Of a DNA stretch of 64,000 nucleotides, positions 61,290 to 64,000 are shown piece by piece. The translations under genes were made by a program, and so were the position numbers. Under the pieces are notes generated by a model, which worked only from the letters and a program-made list of their open reading frames with translations, did no database searches and had not been told where the DNA came from. The stretch lies in assembly GCA_976551045.1 (NCBI GenBank), contig CDPCPM010000160.1, forward strand, positions 930,001 to 994,000, in the 5' to 3' direction. The stretch comes from Glaucostegus cemiculus (Eukaryota). Within the stretch, counting starts at the first letter, position 1; every line of letters begins with the position of its first letter.

Positions 61290-64000
61290 CTGATAAAACA
61301 AAGTAGATCATGAAATACTTGTCACATATTGCGCAGGACGTATCCCCAAAAGATACACAGTATGTCACATGAAGCAACATATTGCTTATTCTGCAAATCA
61401 TAGATGAAAACAGATATGTTGTAAATGCTCAATAGACCTGTCAGCGGCGGTGGGGAAGGAATTCTGGTTTAACATTCAGGTGGTCAATTAAGAACTGAAC
61501 AGTGACGACCACTTGGAGAAACATTGCACTTTCATAAACTTGGTGTGAAATAAAGCAAAGTTGCTTATTGCCGTATGCTTGAAAACAATGATAATTCACC
61601 ATTAAAATAAGCGAGACGCAGGTGTGAGCAGACCAGAAAAGGGGCTCTGAAACACAATTACGTTACACCTTCAGTTAATAATATCGCAGACAAAACTAAA
61701 GTTCGCCACAGGGACGGCAGGACTGCTCACCATCCTCGATACATTGCGCATTCTAATCATCATTATTGTAGACATGGTACAGTATTCTGCTTTGCTCTCA
61801 GCTTTGAATATATAATCCCCAGCAGAATATGACAGTTTCTACAGTTCACAATACTCAGGAAAGTAATCGCAGACATACAAACAAACCTGAGACCCACAGA
61901 GTCCGTGTCAATCAAACCATCCAACATGAAGCCTCCTGGCCAGATTCATAATTTGCATTGTTTTCATTGTACATGTTGGTGCAATTGGACGATTGAATAG
62001 GAACAAGTAATGTTGTGGGTAATTCCATGGAGATCATGACTTAATACTTGGTGTTAAATGTCCTCAGCCATTTCTAACAATCAGTGAGCGAGGGAGTAAA
62101 TGATCCGTCAATGATTGAGAAAACTAAAGAAGCATAATTCTGGATCATGGCGCCATCTATCAACTTTCCAGGGTGGAATAAAACCCACATTGCTTTCACA
62201 TGTTCGGTTTAAAATGTAACCAAGATGCCATGCATAGTTTGGAAAGTTTGCAATCTCAATCGGAAAACAAATAACCTGAATGACCTCACTTCCACTCCTG
62301 TCCTTGGTTTTGGAAATAATGAATAAGTGTTGACTGCCTGTGGCTGTTACAGTCAGGCAATGTTTGGAATGTGAGATCACATTTTCCTCTTTCATTGGCA
62401 GATTACTATATCCGGCACACGCATCATCTGTTTGGCCACAACACTCAAGGTACGTGATATATTTCATTCTCTTTCTCTCTTTACACTATCGTTCCTAATG
62501 CCCAGTGAGGGTATCTGTAAAGTTCTGGTGGTTCTCTGACCCCTTGCGGCCAGCAGCAGCACAAGAGCAATCATAATACATGAATCATTTAAACCCACAT
62601 CCAGGCATTCCTGCGCACCTGGCGCGCCGATCATTTTGCAATCACAAAGCTGAGAAACTATTCGGGTGTAAGGACAAAGCAATGGAACGCAGGACATGTA
62701 ACAACCTGTCTAATGGGAGGATATTCTGGCCAGACCACGCACCAAGTTCCACTGCGTCATAACAGTCAGAGCCCCGACAGGAATCCATTCATCCAATCAT
62801 CTCCGTTCCTGCTGACAAAGAACTACTCAGTCTCGCCCCGTTTCACAGTTCACAAACCTACGGACCTGTGTCGGCCCCTGAGATCCAGCCTCATCACTGC
62901 GTGTAATATGCTCACATATTCGTCAAAAGTCCGTCTCCGTCGCAAGGTGTCGCAAGGTACCATAATGTGTAGGTCAGCGGTGGTTTCGGGGGGCGGGGAG
63001 TGGTGGGAATGTGGGGACAATAGAATTGGGTGAATGAAAATAGGTGCTTGGTGTTCAGCACAGACGAGCTAGGCCGAAGGGCCTGTTTCCGTGCTGCATG
63101 ACTCCATGGCTCTAACCCCCGCCAAGCTCCTGCCTCAATCCATCCAGCTGAATTTTCTACGAATAGAACAAAATCTTTCAGTGAGCATTTGATTATTCTA
63201 ACACAGCGGCCATTTCTGTGGGTCCGAAAGCAAGATTAACCTCCTTAATCTTACTTCACAGTGAAACTTCTGCAATTCCTCCCAATTCTTGTTTGCAACA
63301 TCCAGTGTTGTCACGTCATTCCTGCTCCGTGAGGGCCAGAGCTGTACACTGTGTTCCTTCAGTACACTAACTGGTGAATTGCTCAGGTCTGGTGTGACTT
63401 TCCCGCTCACACATTCGATGTCACAGCGTCATGGAGTTCTGCAGAAACAGGCCATGTTCTGGCCAAAATCTGAAAATCTCTAGTGTGCTTTCAGAACCAA
63501 TTCCTCCACCTCCCCTCTGCCATCTATGGACATGCCCTCCAGGTCCATTCGATCCCAGTTAACAGGAAACACGTAACAGAGATGAGATCTGGGTGAAACG
63601 GCCGAATCATGGCGAAAACAAAGAACTGGCTGACCGAGAAATTGCACCACACCGTTATTTCCAGCGAGAACCAACGTACGTATGACGTTGTTTATAAGTC
63701 GAATAAAGAGCTAGAGCATCAACAGGCAGATTATCCGAACAGTGTAGTTGGGTTACACGATGCTACCGGGCTCAGACGGACACTGAGCGTCTCTGAACGG
63801 GATACCCCACGATACAATCAGGCGTCTGCACTAACGAGGAAATGTGGCCCTTGAGTGGATAGACGCTGAAGATACGGTGGTGTGTCGGTCCCAGGGGACT
63901 ATGAACGGACTGATGACTGGCAGTGCCCAAGGGAGAGAACAGGGTAACATAAAACAGATGCTGCGAAACTAAATTACGAACAGAAAATGCAGGTAATACT

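Noticed and set aside
61720-61900. Minus-strand G|GTGAGC donor that might end a further gene 2 Ig exon
   Set aside because: The phase-1 frame has a stop a few codons upstream and no Ig motifs; upstream gene 2 exons appear to lie beyond the window
1-64000. CRISPR arrays, operons or other prokaryotic systems; the many short ORFs in the track
   Set aside because: The sequence is intron-rich vertebrate DNA with no repeat-spacer arrays; the short ORFs are chance frames, antisense shadows of exons or TE fragments

Overview
Vertebrate genomic DNA, most likely a cartilaginous fish (inferred only from CR1, V-SINE, Rex1-like and Penelope-like repeats). The window holds two convergently oriented (tail-to-tail) paralogous CEACAM-like immunoglobulin-superfamily receptor genes, reconstructed here by hand from splice sites and reading frame. 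Gene 1 (+ strand, 2032-35969) is complete: 15 coding exons, 2850 nt, 949 aa, with leader, Cys-less IgV N domain, four A/B IgC2 pairs, Gly-zipper TM and four cytoplasmic exons ending in a canonical ITAM (YMGL-x7-YSDL). Gene 2 (- strand, 61289 down to about 43751; 5' end outside the window) keeps A2-B4, TM and the same ITAM, but its B2 exon has a 1-nt deletion. The rest is intron and intergenic DNA rich in decayed retroelements. Most entries in the ORF track are spurious or TE-derived; repeat boundaries are approximate.
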